Assembly (NCBI GenBank): GCA_046595005.1
Contig: JBKJPL010000036.1
Location: 35,140-99,139, forward strand
Origin: Bacteriovoracaceae bacterium
GTDB taxonomy: Bacteria; Bdellovibrionota; Bacteriovoracia; Bacteriovoracales; Bacteriovoracaceae
Direction of reading: 5' to 3'
DNA length: 64,000 nucleotides
Shown: one piece after another, positions 27,805-37,792 of the stretch
Layout: the number at the start of each line of letters is the position of its first letter
Position numbering within the stretch: the first letter of the stretch is position 1
Notes under the pieces: generated by a model
The model's input: only the letters and a program-made list of their open reading frames with translations
Database searches by the model: none
Told to the model about the DNA's origin: nothing
Position numbers and translations under genes: made by a program

Positions 27805-28644
27805 TCAGAATAGATCGTCGAGTTTTTCTGAATTCCCATAAAGAATCTTATCTTTTTCAACTGCGCTCAGTGGAAGTTTCATGAATGCCTTCATCATTTC
27901 TGCCGGATGAAGGATGGGCCAGTCAGATCCATAAATAAAATGCCCAGCTCCCAAAATGCGTATTGTTTTCACGAAACGCGCACGCTCTTCATCGGTCTTC
28001 GTCCAGAATGGCACGATGGATATCTCCACAAAAAAGTTATTGTGACTAAGAAGTGATAGTTCTTCAAACTCTCTGCCGAAAGCGTGCCCAATAATCCACC
28101 TTGTTTCAGGGAAGGCATTGATGAGCTGAATCACCCTGCTTATTTCATTGCCCCTAGTATCCTTCGGGTAATTGCCATGAATGAGTATGGTGAAATTGAA
28201 TTTACGAAGACTATGGAGAAATGCCATCGCTGTCTGATAATCCTCATTCTTTTTGAGATCCAGGCCTGAGGCCATAAGATGGAGTTTTAAAACTTTGACG
28301 CCTTTTTTATGACAGCGTTCAGCTTCTTTGAATGCCCAGGGTTTTAGTGGATTTACAGCACAGGCAGGGGCCAGGCGAGTTTCATCTTTAGCGGCTTCAG
28401 AAATGACGAAATCATTTTCCTGAATTGCATAAATTTCATTCACGTTTTTCGAATAAGAATTTGAGAGGATGAGTGCGCGGTGAAAATCGATACTATCGAC
28501 GGCGATAAGTGCTCTGTCGCCAGTGAATTGAACATCATCTTGCAGGTCCGGTGTGTGGACATGCATGTGGAAGTCGGTTCCCATCTTCCGGTTTTTTGAA
28601 ATGGTTGAACATCCAATCAACAACAGTGCGAGAAGTATTTTCAT
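27805..28644 (-). CDS. Amidohydrolase_2-family metal-dependent hydrolase with lipoprotein-like signal
   Basis: DFHMHVH, VLKLH, ILIHG, IIGHAFG, YGSDWP; start re-called at MKILL (28644), 6 nt after TACAAT. Confidence 0.8.
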   Translation of the reverse strand: MKILLALLLIGCSTISKNRKMGTDFHMHVHTPDLQDDVQFTGDRALIAVDSIDFHRALILSNSYSKNVNEIYAIQENDFVISEAAKDETRLAPACAVNPLKPWAFKEAERCHKKGVKVLKLHLMASGLDLKKNEDYQTAMAFLHSLRKFNFTILIHGNYPKDTRGNEISRVIQLINAFPETRWIIGHAFGREFEELSLLSHNNFFVEISIVPFWTKTDEERARFVKTIRILGAGHFIYGSDWPILHPAEMMKAFMKLPLSAVEKDKILYGNSEKLDDLF

Positions 28645-28699
28645 GTGATTATTGTAACGCAAGGCTTCGCCAAGGTGGCCCCGAACGGCGGCCTAAAAC

Positions 28700-29072
28700 C
28701 TAAGATAAAATTTCAAATCTCTCACACAAGAGTTCAGAGTTTTCAGAAAAGTCTTCATATGCTGAAAAAAATTTCAGATGAACTTCCCGCCAAAGCTTTA
28801 GCGATCGATCACCCTCGCCTTCTTCCCATGCATGCTGCTCATCGATTTCAGAAAACTTCTTCACAAAAGTTTCTATAAGAAAGATGACGGCCTTAGGGTT
28901 ACCTTTGCTATCAAGGAGAAAACTGAAGCTACCAGGCTTTTTTCTTTCCCTGAACAACGAGTTCAACAAGAGAATCGGATGATCCACCAAAGGTCCAGGC
29001 ATCAAAGGTAATGTTAAGCGGAAGCTCCGGATGTTTTCTGAGAAAATCTTCCCAGTATTCCAGAGCGGTCAT
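28700..29072 (-). pseudogene. ASCH-domain (YhfF-like) gene broken by an internal frameshifting deletion
   Basis: ATG 29072 gives MTALEYWEDFLRKHPELPLNITFDAWTFGGSSDSLVELVVQGKKKAW*; a second frame continues KPGSFSFLLDSKGNPK...EGEGDRSLKLWREVH...LLCERF; the roughly 15-residue segment expected between GKKxAT and PxxG is missing. Confidence 0.75.
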
Positions 29073-29073
29073 A

Positions 29074-30054
29074 CTAGACCACTTCAATAATCAAATGATG
29101 AATATCAAAGCTCTTCTGAACTAAATCCCGATAGTAAGAAGACGGCTGACTGGCATTCCTGCGGATAATAATTTCTCCACCCACCTGACCAGGTGAAAGT
29201 TTCCAGAGGTGAATATCAACCACCTTAGAACCATCAAATTCGAGCGTCTTCACAAGATTCCCGCGATCAATACTTTCATCGTGAGCATCCAGAAGATCCA
29301 TTCCACTCTGACGAATGAGTGCCAATGCCCACTTCAAAACAACTACACCACCAACAATTCCCACGAGAGGATCGGCCCAGGTCCAGTTTTTCCACTGAGC
29401 AAGTAAAAGTGCACCGATGGCAAAGACTGAAGTCAAAGCATCCGTCAGGATGTGCATGTAGGCACTCGCGTGGTTGTGATCACTGCCGTGTGAATGTCCA
29501 TGAGAATGACCGTGCGAATGGCCATGATGTTGTTGAGCTTTGGGTGCGAGCTTTCCGGCACCATGATTACAATTCTCGCCGTGCTCATGTTCATGGAGAT
29601 GAGGAATGTCTTCTTTCTGATGAAGGATATAGGCACAGAGAAGATTAATGAATAAACCGAATACTGCTACTGTGAGAGCTTCCGTGTAGTGAATATCCCG
29701 CTGAGAACTAAATCGCTGGAAGGATTCCACAATCATCGAAACGGCAACGACAACCAGGAGAACTGCAGATGTATATCCACCAAGAGAGAGAATTTTTCCG
29801 CCGCCAAAAGTAAAAGATGAACGGAATTTCGGATGACGATAAAGATAATAAACAACCAGTGAAAGAAATAGTGCCAGGGCATGTGAGGCCATGTGCCAGC
29901 CATCAGCAAGAAGTGCCATGGATCCTGACCAGTATCCGACTGCGATTTCCGCAACCATGGTCACAAGCGTGATGACTGTTACCCATTTCGTTTTCTGCTC
30001 ATTAGCGAGAAAAACTGTGGTGTCTCTTTCTTCAATTGTACAGTGCTGCTGCAT
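29074..30054 (-). CDS. dmeF: CDF-family Co/Ni efflux transporter DmeF
   Basis: GSMALLADGWHMASH, FTFGGGK, His-rich loop, AYMHILTDALTS, DPLVGIVG. Confidence 0.9.
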   Translation of the reverse strand: MQQHCTIEERDTTVFLANEQKTKWVTVITLVTMVAEIAVGYWSGSMALLADGWHMASHALALFLSLVVYYLYRHPKFRSSFTFGGGKILSLGGYTSAVLLVVVAVSMIVESFQRFSSQRDIHYTEALTVAVFGLFINLLCAYILHQKEDIPHLHEHEHGENCNHGAGKLAPKAQQHHGHSHGHSHGHSHGSDHNHASAYMHILTDALTSVFAIGALLLAQWKNWTWADPLVGIVGGVVVLKWALALIRQSGMDLLDAHDESIDRGNLVKTLEFDGSKVVDIHLWKLSPGQVGGEIIIRRNASQPSSYYRDLVQKSFDIHHLIIEVV

Positions 30055-30063
30055 AGGAAAAGT

Positions 30064-30909
30064 TTACTGTTTTGGGGACCGGAAGTCGAGTAACCCGAGG
30101 CTTGCTCCGCCGGTAATTAAAACCATGGCAATAAAACTCATCGTGGTGAATTCTTTTCCAGCAAATAAGACGAGTCCCATTGTCGAAATTACCGGAGTGA
30201 GATAGGCCAAAGCACCCAGAACACGTGAATCTCCGGAACGTGTCGCCGTATCCCAGAAATAAAAGGCAAGGCCGAAAGGGCCGAGACCCAGGAAAATAAG
30301 CTTCAGAATATCCGGAATGGTGACTGAAACTGGTGGTTCAATCAGGGCATGAGTAAAAAGACAAAGTATTCCGGAAGACAGACAAATTCCGCCGATTGAC
30401 CAGACAGATGTCGAGGGAAGTTTTTTTCTTCCAAGAGAATAAACCGGCCACGTGAGTGCTGCCAGGAAAGCAAGAATATAGCCCTTATATTCCTCCCCGC
30501 TCAAAGATTCTTTTGGTGCACCGGTCACGAGCAAAATGCAACCGACGATGGAAAGTGTGGCCCCCGTGTAGTGATACCATTTAAGTCGCGCGTGTTTTTC
30601 AAAAAGCGGAGTGAACATCACCATGAGAACCGGCCATAAATAATTAATGAGATTAGCTTCAACTGCCGGAGCAAAACGAAAAGCGTAGAAGAGGAAGAAA
30701 TGATAGCCAAAATATCCCGCGGTCCCGAATGCTAAAAGTTTTAGTGAAGGAAACATCTCTTTCATGTTTCTCAGGGATAAAAGTGATCCGAGAATAAAGG
30801 CAACACCCAGAGTGTAGAACGGAGGAAGGTGGATCAGAAGATTACTGAAAGTTGCGAGACTTCCCCAGAGAATGATCGTTACAATGCCGAATAAGAGATA
30901 AGGTTTCAT
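30064..30909 (-). CDS. EamA/DMT-family transporter
   Basis: APAVEANLINYLWP, GLGPFGLAFYFWD, LAYLTPVIST; start re-called at MKPYL (30909). Confidence 0.88.
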   Translation of the reverse strand: MKPYLLFGIVTIILWGSLATFSNLLIHLPPFYTLGVAFILGSLLSLRNMKEMFPSLKLLAFGTAGYFGYHFFLFYAFRFAPAVEANLINYLWPVLMVMFTPLFEKHARLKWYHYTGATLSIVGCILLVTGAPKESLSGEEYKGYILAFLAALTWPVYSLGRKKLPSTSVWSIGGICLSSGILCLFTHALIEPPVSVTIPDILKLIFLGLGPFGLAFYFWDTATRSGDSRVLGALAYLTPVISTMGLVLFAGKEFTTMSFIAMVLITGGASLGLLDFRSPKQ

Positions 30910-30948
30910 CTTTCTATTATAGGGATTATTTGCCATCATAGAAAGATG
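30907..30948. repeat. 11-bp perfect inverted repeat that includes both divergent start codons
   Basis: CATCTTTCTAT (30907-30917) and ATAGAAAGATG (30938-30948). Confidence 0.8.
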
Positions 30949-31467
30949 AAGATTTCCGAGACCGACCGGCTCATCCTCCGATTGCAGACATATGACGACG
31001 CCCAATCCCTGGTTGAGATGAATTCCGACCCGGAAGTGGTGCGTTTTACCGGTGACTTTTCCATGAAAAACATTGCTGAGGCACGGGCACTACTCGAAGA
31101 AAGAGTTTTTCCTCAATGGCCTGATTTTAAAATGGGAAGATTTGCTGTCACTTTAAAGGATAATACTTTCATCGGCTGGTGCGGCCTCAAATATCATCCG
31201 GAAACCGATGAAGTGGATCTCGGTTACCGCTTCATGAAAAGATTCTGGGGTAAGGGATACGCTACTGAATCTTCCCGCGCCTCGCTCGACTATGGATTTA
31301 AAACTTTGAAGCTCGAAAGGATTATCGCCAAGGCGATGCCTGACAACAAAGACTCTATCAAAGTGATGCAAAAACTTGGAATGACCTTTCGTGGCTATCA
31401 TCACGATCCAACTGATCCCCATCCCTTCATCCTTTACGACCTGAAGAGAAGCGAGTGGAAGGGATGA
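30946..31467 (+). CDS. RimJ/RimL-type GNAT acetyltransferase
   Basis: ETDRLILR, FIGWCGL, VDLGYRF...WGKGYATE, SIKVMQKLGM. Confidence 0.92.
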   Translation: MKISETDRLILRLQTYDDAQSLVEMNSDPEVVRFTGDFSMKNIAEARALLEERVFPQWPDFKMGRFAVTLKDNTFIGWCGLKYHPETDEVDLGYRFMKRFWGKGYATESSRASLDYGFKTLKLERIIAKAMPDNKDSIKVMQKLGMTFRGYHHDPTDPHPFILYDLKRSEWKG

Positions 31468-32141
31468 AACATTTCTTCGCGTTTCTCATCCTGGCGACGG
31501 TGAAAACTCTTTCTCATATCTTCTATCGGCAGGAATTCAAGTGGCTCACAGAAAAACCAGACAATGCATGGGATAAGGCGCGGGTTTTTGTCCTGCTTAA
31601 TCATACTTCTCTCTACGAACCATTATTTATCCAGGGCTGGAGTTATTCTTTCCTCTGGAAGGTCACGAACAATCTTTCAGTCCCAGGGGCAGATATCACT
31701 TTGAAGCGACCGATCGTGGGTTTTTTCTGGAAACTCATGATGCCCAATATTTCTTCTGTATCTCGAAAAAGTGACAATACCTGGAAAAGCTATCTTGATT
31801 CCATCACAGAGAAATCGGTTGTTCTTATTGCACCTGAAGGAAGAATGAAAAGACCCAATGGTCTTGATAAATTCGGAAAAGCGATGACGGTTAAGCCAGG
31901 TATTGCCGATATTATTCTGGAAATTCCTGAGGGCGGAATGATCCTCTGTCTTTCCGGAGGACTTCATCACATTCAGAAACCGGGCCAGCATATTCCGGGC
32001 CTCTTTAAGACTCTCCGGATGAATTTTGTGTATGCTGATCTGAAAGAATATCGCGAAAAGTTTAAAGGCTCTTCTTTTGAGCTGAAGCTCGCCATCACAA
32101 AAGACCTGCAGAAATATCTCGAAACGAGCTGCCCGTCCTAG
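31455..32141 (+). CDS. Glycerolipid acyltransferase-like protein (PlsC superfamily)
   Basis: NHTSLYE (Hx4E variant) and IAPEGRM blocks. Confidence 0.7.
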   Translation: MEGMKHFFAFLILATVKTLSHIFYRQEFKWLTEKPDNAWDKARVFVLLNHTSLYEPLFIQGWSYSFLWKVTNNLSVPGADITLKRPIVGFFWKLMMPNISSVSRKSDNTWKSYLDSITEKSVVLIAPEGRMKRPNGLDKFGKAMTVKPGIADIILEIPEGGMILCLSGGLHHIQKPGQHIPGLFKTLRMNFVYADLKEYREKFKGSSFELKLAITKDLQKYLETSCPS

Positions 32142-32773
32142 AAATTGTAAATTGAGAAATTTTCTTCCTCGTAAACAGGTGTCAGCCAGAGAAACTCATG
32201 CGCGATGAGAGATCTAATTCCCTTGCCCCTTCCGGTAAGAGTAAACTTTTTCCGGTCCGCGATCTGACTCAATTTATTGAGAAGTTGCCTGATGTGCGGG
32301 ACTTTTCCAAAGTCATACACAAAATAATGATCAGCTTCTCCGGGAAAGAAATCCGGAGCGGTGAGATCACCTTCATTCATCACATCCGGACTTATGCCAA
32401 GAAGTGAATATACTCTTTTTGTTTCAATTACCCGCTCTGGCACAAATTCAATTCCCCGGAATTTTATATCCGGATAAACTTTTTGAATAACTATCCCAAG
32501 CCTTCCATAACCCGCGCCCAGATCAATTACCTGGTCATTTTTTTTGAGCGGAAGCTTCTGGCATAATCTTAAAAGCTCCTGATAAGGAGTCTGAATAGTT
32601 TCCGGATCAAGCCCCACCCAGGTCTGATTTCCCCGATGAAGATGCGCTCCCCAGGAATGATGATCACCACCCGGAAGCGTTTCGAGCGCCCGGAAAAGAA
32701 GCATCCTTTCGATTTCGGAAATCCGGAAACCAAGGGTGCGGTCAATTTCTCCTGAATCCAGATTCCAGTCCAT
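32138..32773 (-). CDS. Class I SAM-dependent methyltransferase-like protein
   Basis: VIDLGAGYGRLG, GIEFVPER, QTPYQE. Confidence 0.75.
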   Translation of the reverse strand: MDWNLDSGEIDRTLGFRISEIERMLLFRALETLPGGDHHSWGAHLHRGNQTWVGLDPETIQTPYQELLRLCQKLPLKKNDQVIDLGAGYGRLGIVIQKVYPDIKFRGIEFVPERVIETKRVYSLLGISPDVMNEGDLTAPDFFPGEADHYFVYDFGKVPHIRQLLNKLSQIADRKKFTLTGRGKGIRSLIAHEFLWLTPVYEEENFSIYNF

Positions 32774-32855
32774 ATGGCGGGGGCTTTTACCAAAGAATTA
32801 TTTACAATCCAAGATACCGGGTAAGACTTTTCCCCTATACTCCCAACGGGGTTTC

Positions 32856-33647
32856 ATGGGCACAAAGTACATTTCTAAATACCCGAATAGTTCCGGTCTG
32901 ATCGACTGGACTCCGGATGAAAACCAGATGTGGAATACATTAATCACCCGCCAGGGCGAGATTGTAAAAACTCGTGCGTGTCCGGAATTTCTGGAAGGCC
33001 TTGAAAGAATCGGTTTTTCCAGAGACCGCGTCCCTCAGCACACTGAAATCAACCGGCGCCTTGGAGACTTCACCGGATGGGAAGTGGAAGTTGTTCCCGC
33101 TCTCATTCCGGCCAAAGAATTTTTCTCACTTCTTGCCGGAAAGAAATTTCCCGCAGCAAGTTTCATTCGTATTCCTGAGGAGCTCGATTACATTCAGGAA
33201 CCGGATATTTTTCACGAGTTTTATGGCCACGTTCCGCTTCTGACTTTTCCGGATTACGCCAATTTCATGGAAGAGTTCGGAAAACTTGCTCTCTCAGTTT
33301 CGCCGAAGGATCGCAGTCGCCTCTTCCGGATTTTCTGGTTCACCATTGAGTTCGGATTATTGAACACCAGCAAGGGCATCCGCGCTTACGGCGGGGGAAT
33401 GCTTTCTTCAATTCACGAGACCGTTTACTCAATTGAAAGTGCAGTTCCCGTTAGAAAACCCTTCAATGCCCTGGACGCCCTCCGGACACCGTATCGAATC
33501 GATATCCCCCAGCCGCTTTACTATGTGCTCGAAGACTTCAGGGATCTCTTCAAGATACTCGATCAGGATCTGATCGCTCTCTTGGAAAAATCCAAAGAGA
33601 TGGGAGATTTCGAGGCCCTTTTTGTGCCGGCCGGCGCTGAACTTTAA
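32856..33647 (+). CDS. phhA: Phenylalanine 4-monooxygenase
   Basis: LDYIQEPDIFHEFYGHVPLL, FWFTIEFGL, AYGGGMLSSIHE, TPYRIDIPQPLYY; start re-called at MGTKY (32856). Confidence 0.95.
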   Translation: MGTKYISKYPNSSGLIDWTPDENQMWNTLITRQGEIVKTRACPEFLEGLERIGFSRDRVPQHTEINRRLGDFTGWEVEVVPALIPAKEFFSLLAGKKFPAASFIRIPEELDYIQEPDIFHEFYGHVPLLTFPDYANFMEEFGKLALSVSPKDRSRLFRIFWFTIEFGLLNTSKGIRAYGGGMLSSIHETVYSIESAVPVRKPFNALDALRTPYRIDIPQPLYYVLEDFRDLFKILDQDLIALLEKSKEMGDFEALFVPAGAEL

Positions 33648-33715
33648 GGTAATCTCCACCCTGAATCCCATTCTTGACTTGAGCTTGGCCCTCGACCAGA
33701 GGTAAGTTCTCGCAC

Positions 33716-35200
33716 ATGCAAGCAGTAGCCCAGTATATATATTTTTTCCTAGTCGGAACGACGGTTCTGAATCTGATCATCGCAGTTATATCTCGGGTTA
33801 AGACCCGGCATCGCGATTTTAATTATTTGATCGCCTACTGGATCAGTCTATTCATTACTTTCGTTGCAGTGGCCCTGCTTTCGAAGACTGAAACAGAACT
33901 CGCGTTCGCTTTTTTCTTCCAGTTCATTCCAAACTTTATCATTGCAAACATTCTTCGTAAGAGCCGGGGCCTTCCGCCAAACTGGGCGGTAAGCATTTCG
34001 CTGTATACTCTGGGAGCAGGTTTATCGACCATTATGATCCTGGAAACAGATGTGGGCTTTACCATTTCACTTTTGCCGGTGACTATCGTCACGGTCCTGC
34101 CATTCTTCCCACCTATGTGGAACGCGCTGGTAACAGGCAGAAAGGAATCGAACTGGATCGAAAAGTCCATGGGTATCCTGTTTGCCATAGGATTTTTACA
34201 TAGCTTCAACTATGCCTTCTTCCGGCTAGAAGAAAGCTCCATCTTGTGGGGCTGGTCAATCGGGATCGGTCTGTACCAGTGCCTGTCGATCTTTCTTCCC
34301 CTCCTCATCAATTATAAGCGCCAAGAGAAAGAGAGAAAGAATCTCGAACAGGCGCTCGAAAGAGTATCAGGTAAAAAAAGTTTTTCATCTTCAGATGAAA
34401 TCGACGACCTCTATCGCTCTTTGGAAATCCAGGTCGGCAACAAAGAAGATTACTCGCGCCAGCTCTCAGAAATTAATCGCAATCTTCAGGAAGAGCGCGA
34501 GATTAATGAGATCCTTATCAAGACCATTTCCCACGATCTGGCTAATCCGCTTACGGTAGTAAGTGCGTACATGGATATGATGTCATCCGGAAAAATATCC
34601 TCCGATGATCATGACAAAATCCAGGATCGCATGCGCCAGAATCTCAGATCTGCGATGGAGATGATTCAACGAGTGCGGAAGACAGTTGTCACGCGTTCTG
34701 AAGCTGACCTTGTCAAAGTTGGTCCGGTTGATCTGCAGCTAGCTCTGGAAAGAGCAAAACACCTTTTTGATGAACGTCTGAAGCAGAAAAATCTTCAGCT
34801 CCGGATGAGTACCATCGATGGAAATCTCAAAGTCATTGCCGATGAAAATGCGCTCGTCGAACATGTTTTCGCGAACCTCCTGTCGAATGCAGTGAAATTC
34901 TCCTTTGAGAACTCAGACATCCTGATTGATGTTCGCACTTTGAACGATAAGGTCATTGTCGAAGTCAGAGATTATGGTGTCGGAATGAATCCTGCCCGCA
35001 CTGATAGAAATAGATTTGTTTCCACCCCTGGAACCAAGGGTGAAGAAGGAACCGGCTTTGGACTTTTGGTGATGGGATACTTCATCAGAAAATTCGGAGC
35101 AACGATTGAAGTGATTTCCCATGCCACTCATGGTGGGCGGGGAACGAGCTTCATCGTGACTCTGAAACGGTTGATACCCGATGAGAGTCTTACAGTCTGA
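33716..35200 (+). CDS. Membrane-bound sensor histidine kinase (multi-TM input domain)
   Basis: About 7 hydrophobic segments; SHDLANPL, NLLSNAVKFS, DYGVGM, GTGFGL. Confidence 0.9.
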   Translation: MQAVAQYIYFFLVGTTVLNLIIAVISRVKTRHRDFNYLIAYWISLFITFVAVALLSKTETELAFAFFFQFIPNFIIANILRKSRGLPPNWAVSISLYTLGAGLSTIMILETDVGFTISLLPVTIVTVLPFFPPMWNALVTGRKESNWIEKSMGILFAIGFLHSFNYAFFRLEESSILWGWSIGIGLYQCLSIFLPLLINYKRQEKERKNLEQALERVSGKKSFSSSDEIDDLYRSLEIQVGNKEDYSRQLSEINRNLQEEREINEILIKTISHDLANPLTVVSAYMDMMSSGKISSDDHDKIQDRMRQNLRSAMEMIQRVRKTVVTRSEADLVKVGPVDLQLALERAKHLFDERLKQKNLQLRMSTIDGNLKVIADENALVEHVFANLLSNAVKFSFENSDILIDVRTLNDKVIVEVRDYGVGMNPARTDRNRFVSTPGTKGEEGTGFGLLVMGYFIRKFGATIEVISHATHGGRGTSFIVTLKRLIPDESLTV

Positions 35201-35387
35201 AGTTTGAAAATTTCGGCTTCCCATCTTTGCCCCATAACCTTGCTAGCCCCCCCCCTTTATTAAGAATCCTGTAATAAATTAACCCGACCTTCTTCAACTT
35301 TTCAAATAATTGAACGTGAAACCTTAAGCTAATAATAAGTTTTCGAGGTAGGATTGGTTTAAATCTATTCTTTAGACAGGGGTCAAT

Positions 35388-36050
35388 GTGGATAAAGTCG
35401 TAATCATTGAGGACGAGAAAGAAATTGGAGAAATGTTAAAATTTCTTCTCGAGAAAAATTCGTTCAATGTCGATTTCTATCAATCCGCGGAGGACTTCTT
35501 CCTCGCAAAAAAGTTCTATTCAAGCTGCGTTTATATCATCGATCAAAGTCTCCCGGGAATTCAGGGTGCAGACGTTATCCGGACTATCCGCTCTAAGGAC
35601 AAGCTCTCTCCGGTCTTCATTATCTCCGGGAAATCCGAAGGTGAGGATATCTCCAATGGACTTGCCTGCGGAGCAGATGATTATCTTCCGAAGCCATTTA
35701 ATCCTGATCACCTTGTCCAGAAAGTTAAAAATTCCTTTCATAAGACCAATATCATTCTCGAAAATCTCATGAACGTGGGAATTAAGCTCATCCCGGAAGC
35801 CAACTCTGTCATCCATAATGGTTCTACCGTAAACCTCACCTCGCGCGAGTACCTCATCGTTGAGAGCCTACTCAAGAAGCCAGGCACTATCGTGACCAGA
35901 GAAGAGCTTGTGGTTGATTTTGACGACTCTGAGGTCACTATCCGCACGATTGATGTTCATGTTTCTTCCCTCCGTAAGAAGCTTGAGAAGGCAAAGCTCG
36001 TAATTGATACGGTCCGAGGCAAGGGCTACAAAATCGACCTAAATACCTGA
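35388..36050 (+). CDS. OmpR-family response regulator
   Basis: IEDE, IDQSLPG, GADDYLPKPF, LTSREY, RTIDVHVSSLRKKL, TVRGKGY. Confidence 0.93.
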   Translation: MDKVVIIEDEKEIGEMLKFLLEKNSFNVDFYQSAEDFFLAKKFYSSCVYIIDQSLPGIQGADVIRTIRSKDKLSPVFIISGKSEGEDISNGLACGADDYLPKPFNPDHLVQKVKNSFHKTNIILENLMNVGIKLIPEANSVIHNGSTVNLTSREYLIVESLLKKPGTIVTREELVVDFDDSEVTIRTIDVHVSSLRKKLEKAKLVIDTVRGKGYKIDLNT

Positions 36051-36135
36051 ATATCGCCATGTAAAAAGGTCTCCCTCCGTAGACAAATTTCTCTTCCATT
36101 GTTAGAACTCCGGAACTTAAACTCCCGGAGGTTTC

Positions 36136-36984
36136 ATGAAAGCTCTACTAACGATTGCCCTCGCACTCACATCTGCCGCTGCATTCGCTTTTCCGCGTGC
36201 TCCCCACGACGCTCTGAATGTGAATCTCAAAAGCAATCCGCGAGTATCAGCTGAATATGATTTCGAAGGAATTGTGAAACTCTCCAATTGCTCTGGTTCA
36301 CTCGTTCAATTCGCTGGTCAGCCAGACACTGCTAAGGCAGTTGTTATGACTAATGGTCACTGTATCCAGAAGCCAGGTGGATATCTGAATCCAGGCGAAG
36401 TCTGGGTCAATCGTTCAATCAATCGTGCAATGAAAATCTTTGATAAGGACATGAAGCTCTCTGCGATCAACGCTACTAAAATTCTCTACGCAACAATGAC
36501 TAACACCGATATTGCTTTTTATGAGCTCGCTGAGACATATGCTGATATCGAGTCACGCTTCAATGTAAAATCTTTCGAGCTGGACACAAACCGTCCGGTT
36601 GTCGGGACTTCACTCGAGCTCATTTCTGGTTACTGGGACCGCGGATGGACATGTGACATCGACGGATTCGTTTTCAAAATGCGTGAAGGTGCATGGACCT
36701 TTACAGACTCAATCCGCTACACAGCAAGCTGCGATACTATGGGCGGAACTTCAGGTTCACCACTTATTGCAAGCGGAACTAAAACTGTTATCGGTATCAA
36801 CAATACGTCTAACGAATCAGGCGAAACATGTACTCTGAACAATCCATGTGAAGTTGATGAAGCTGGAAATGTTGAAGTACGCAAAGGTGTTCGCTACGGC
36901 CAACAGACATTCAATGTTTACCCATGTCTGACTCCGGATTTCCGCTTTGACCTTAGTCGTCGCGGATGTTCACTTCCTAAGTAG
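36136..36984 (+). CDS. Secreted trypsin-like serine protease
   Basis: Signal peptide; CSGSL, TNGHC (His), TDIA (Asp), GGTSGSP (Ser). Confidence 0.88.
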   Translation: MKALLTIALALTSAAAFAFPRAPHDALNVNLKSNPRVSAEYDFEGIVKLSNCSGSLVQFAGQPDTAKAVVMTNGHCIQKPGGYLNPGEVWVNRSINRAMKIFDKDMKLSAINATKILYATMTNTDIAFYELAETYADIESRFNVKSFELDTNRPVVGTSLELISGYWDRGWTCDIDGFVFKMREGAWTFTDSIRYTASCDTMGGTSGSPLIASGTKTVIGINNTSNESGETCTLNNPCEVDEAGNVEVRKGVRYGQQTFNVYPCLTPDFRFDLSRRGCSLPK

Positions 36985-36986
36985 TC

Positions 36987-37733
36987 ATGAAGGGAACGTT
37001 TTTTCAAAAGCCTCTCGAATGGAATATCGAAACCCCGGATGAATCCTGGCAACAGGGCGAAAAAGTCCGGGGAATTCTTCGGGTTAAAAATCACGGTAGC
37101 GAACCCGCCTCTTTGAAGTCGTGTGGAGCGGGTCTCGCCTACGCTGACATTAAAAAGGTTCATGCTAAAGCAGCGGGTATACTGAAGCCACAGCCGCAGA
37201 TGACTTTTCCTGAGGGCGATTTGAGTCCCGGAGAGACGAAGGAGCTTCCCTTTGAGCTGGATCTCCCGGCGAACTGCCCGGTCTCTGATAAGAGAGCGAC
37301 TTATTTTTTGACCTACGGGAAAGATTCCAAAGAAAATCATCTTCAGATGAATATCCAGCCGCGAGTCCTGTTTGGAAAACTAGTAAGTCTCCTCGATACT
37401 TTCCAGCGCTTTAAGTTAAAAGAATTCAAGGGAACCAAGAATGGTGTTGAGTACAAGCTCATCCCACCGACCTCCCGGGAAATGGCCAATCTCGACAGCC
37501 TCCTCCTTTCACTCGAGATGGATGGTGAAACCCTCAATCTTTCCTTTGAATTTCAGGTGAGAAAACTCGATACCAGCGGTGTGACAAATTCCATTAAAAA
37601 AGAGACCGCAAAAATCAAAAAGTCCCTCGCTCCCAAGGAATATTCCCTCGGGCGTGACATGATTAATCAGGACGCACTCCTCAAAATTTTTGAAAGTGTC
37701 ATCGGCGAAGTGAAAATCAAGAATGCATTCTGA
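36987..37733 (+). CDS. Hypothetical protein, possibly with a SpoOM/arrestin-like N-terminal fold
   Basis: Long ORF starting 2 nt after the protease stop; W.QGE.V.G and LSPGETKELPFELDLPANCPVS are only suggestive of the fold. Confidence 0.6.
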   Translation: MKGTFFQKPLEWNIETPDESWQQGEKVRGILRVKNHGSEPASLKSCGAGLAYADIKKVHAKAAGILKPQPQMTFPEGDLSPGETKELPFELDLPANCPVSDKRATYFLTYGKDSKENHLQMNIQPRVLFGKLVSLLDTFQRFKLKEFKGTKNGVEYKLIPPTSREMANLDSLLLSLEMDGETLNLSFEFQVRKLDTSGVTNSIKKETAKIKKSLAPKEYSLGRDMINQDALLKIFESVIGEVKIKNAF

Positions 37734-37792
37734 TTCGAATTAAGATTAAAATTGTTTTAACATTTTGGATTTCTGGGGCATGATTAAGGGAA

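Noticed and set aside
32856-33647. phhA linked to folE as a pterin-dependent operon
   Set aside because: The genes are about 28 kb apart with no phhB nearby; ordinary metabolism
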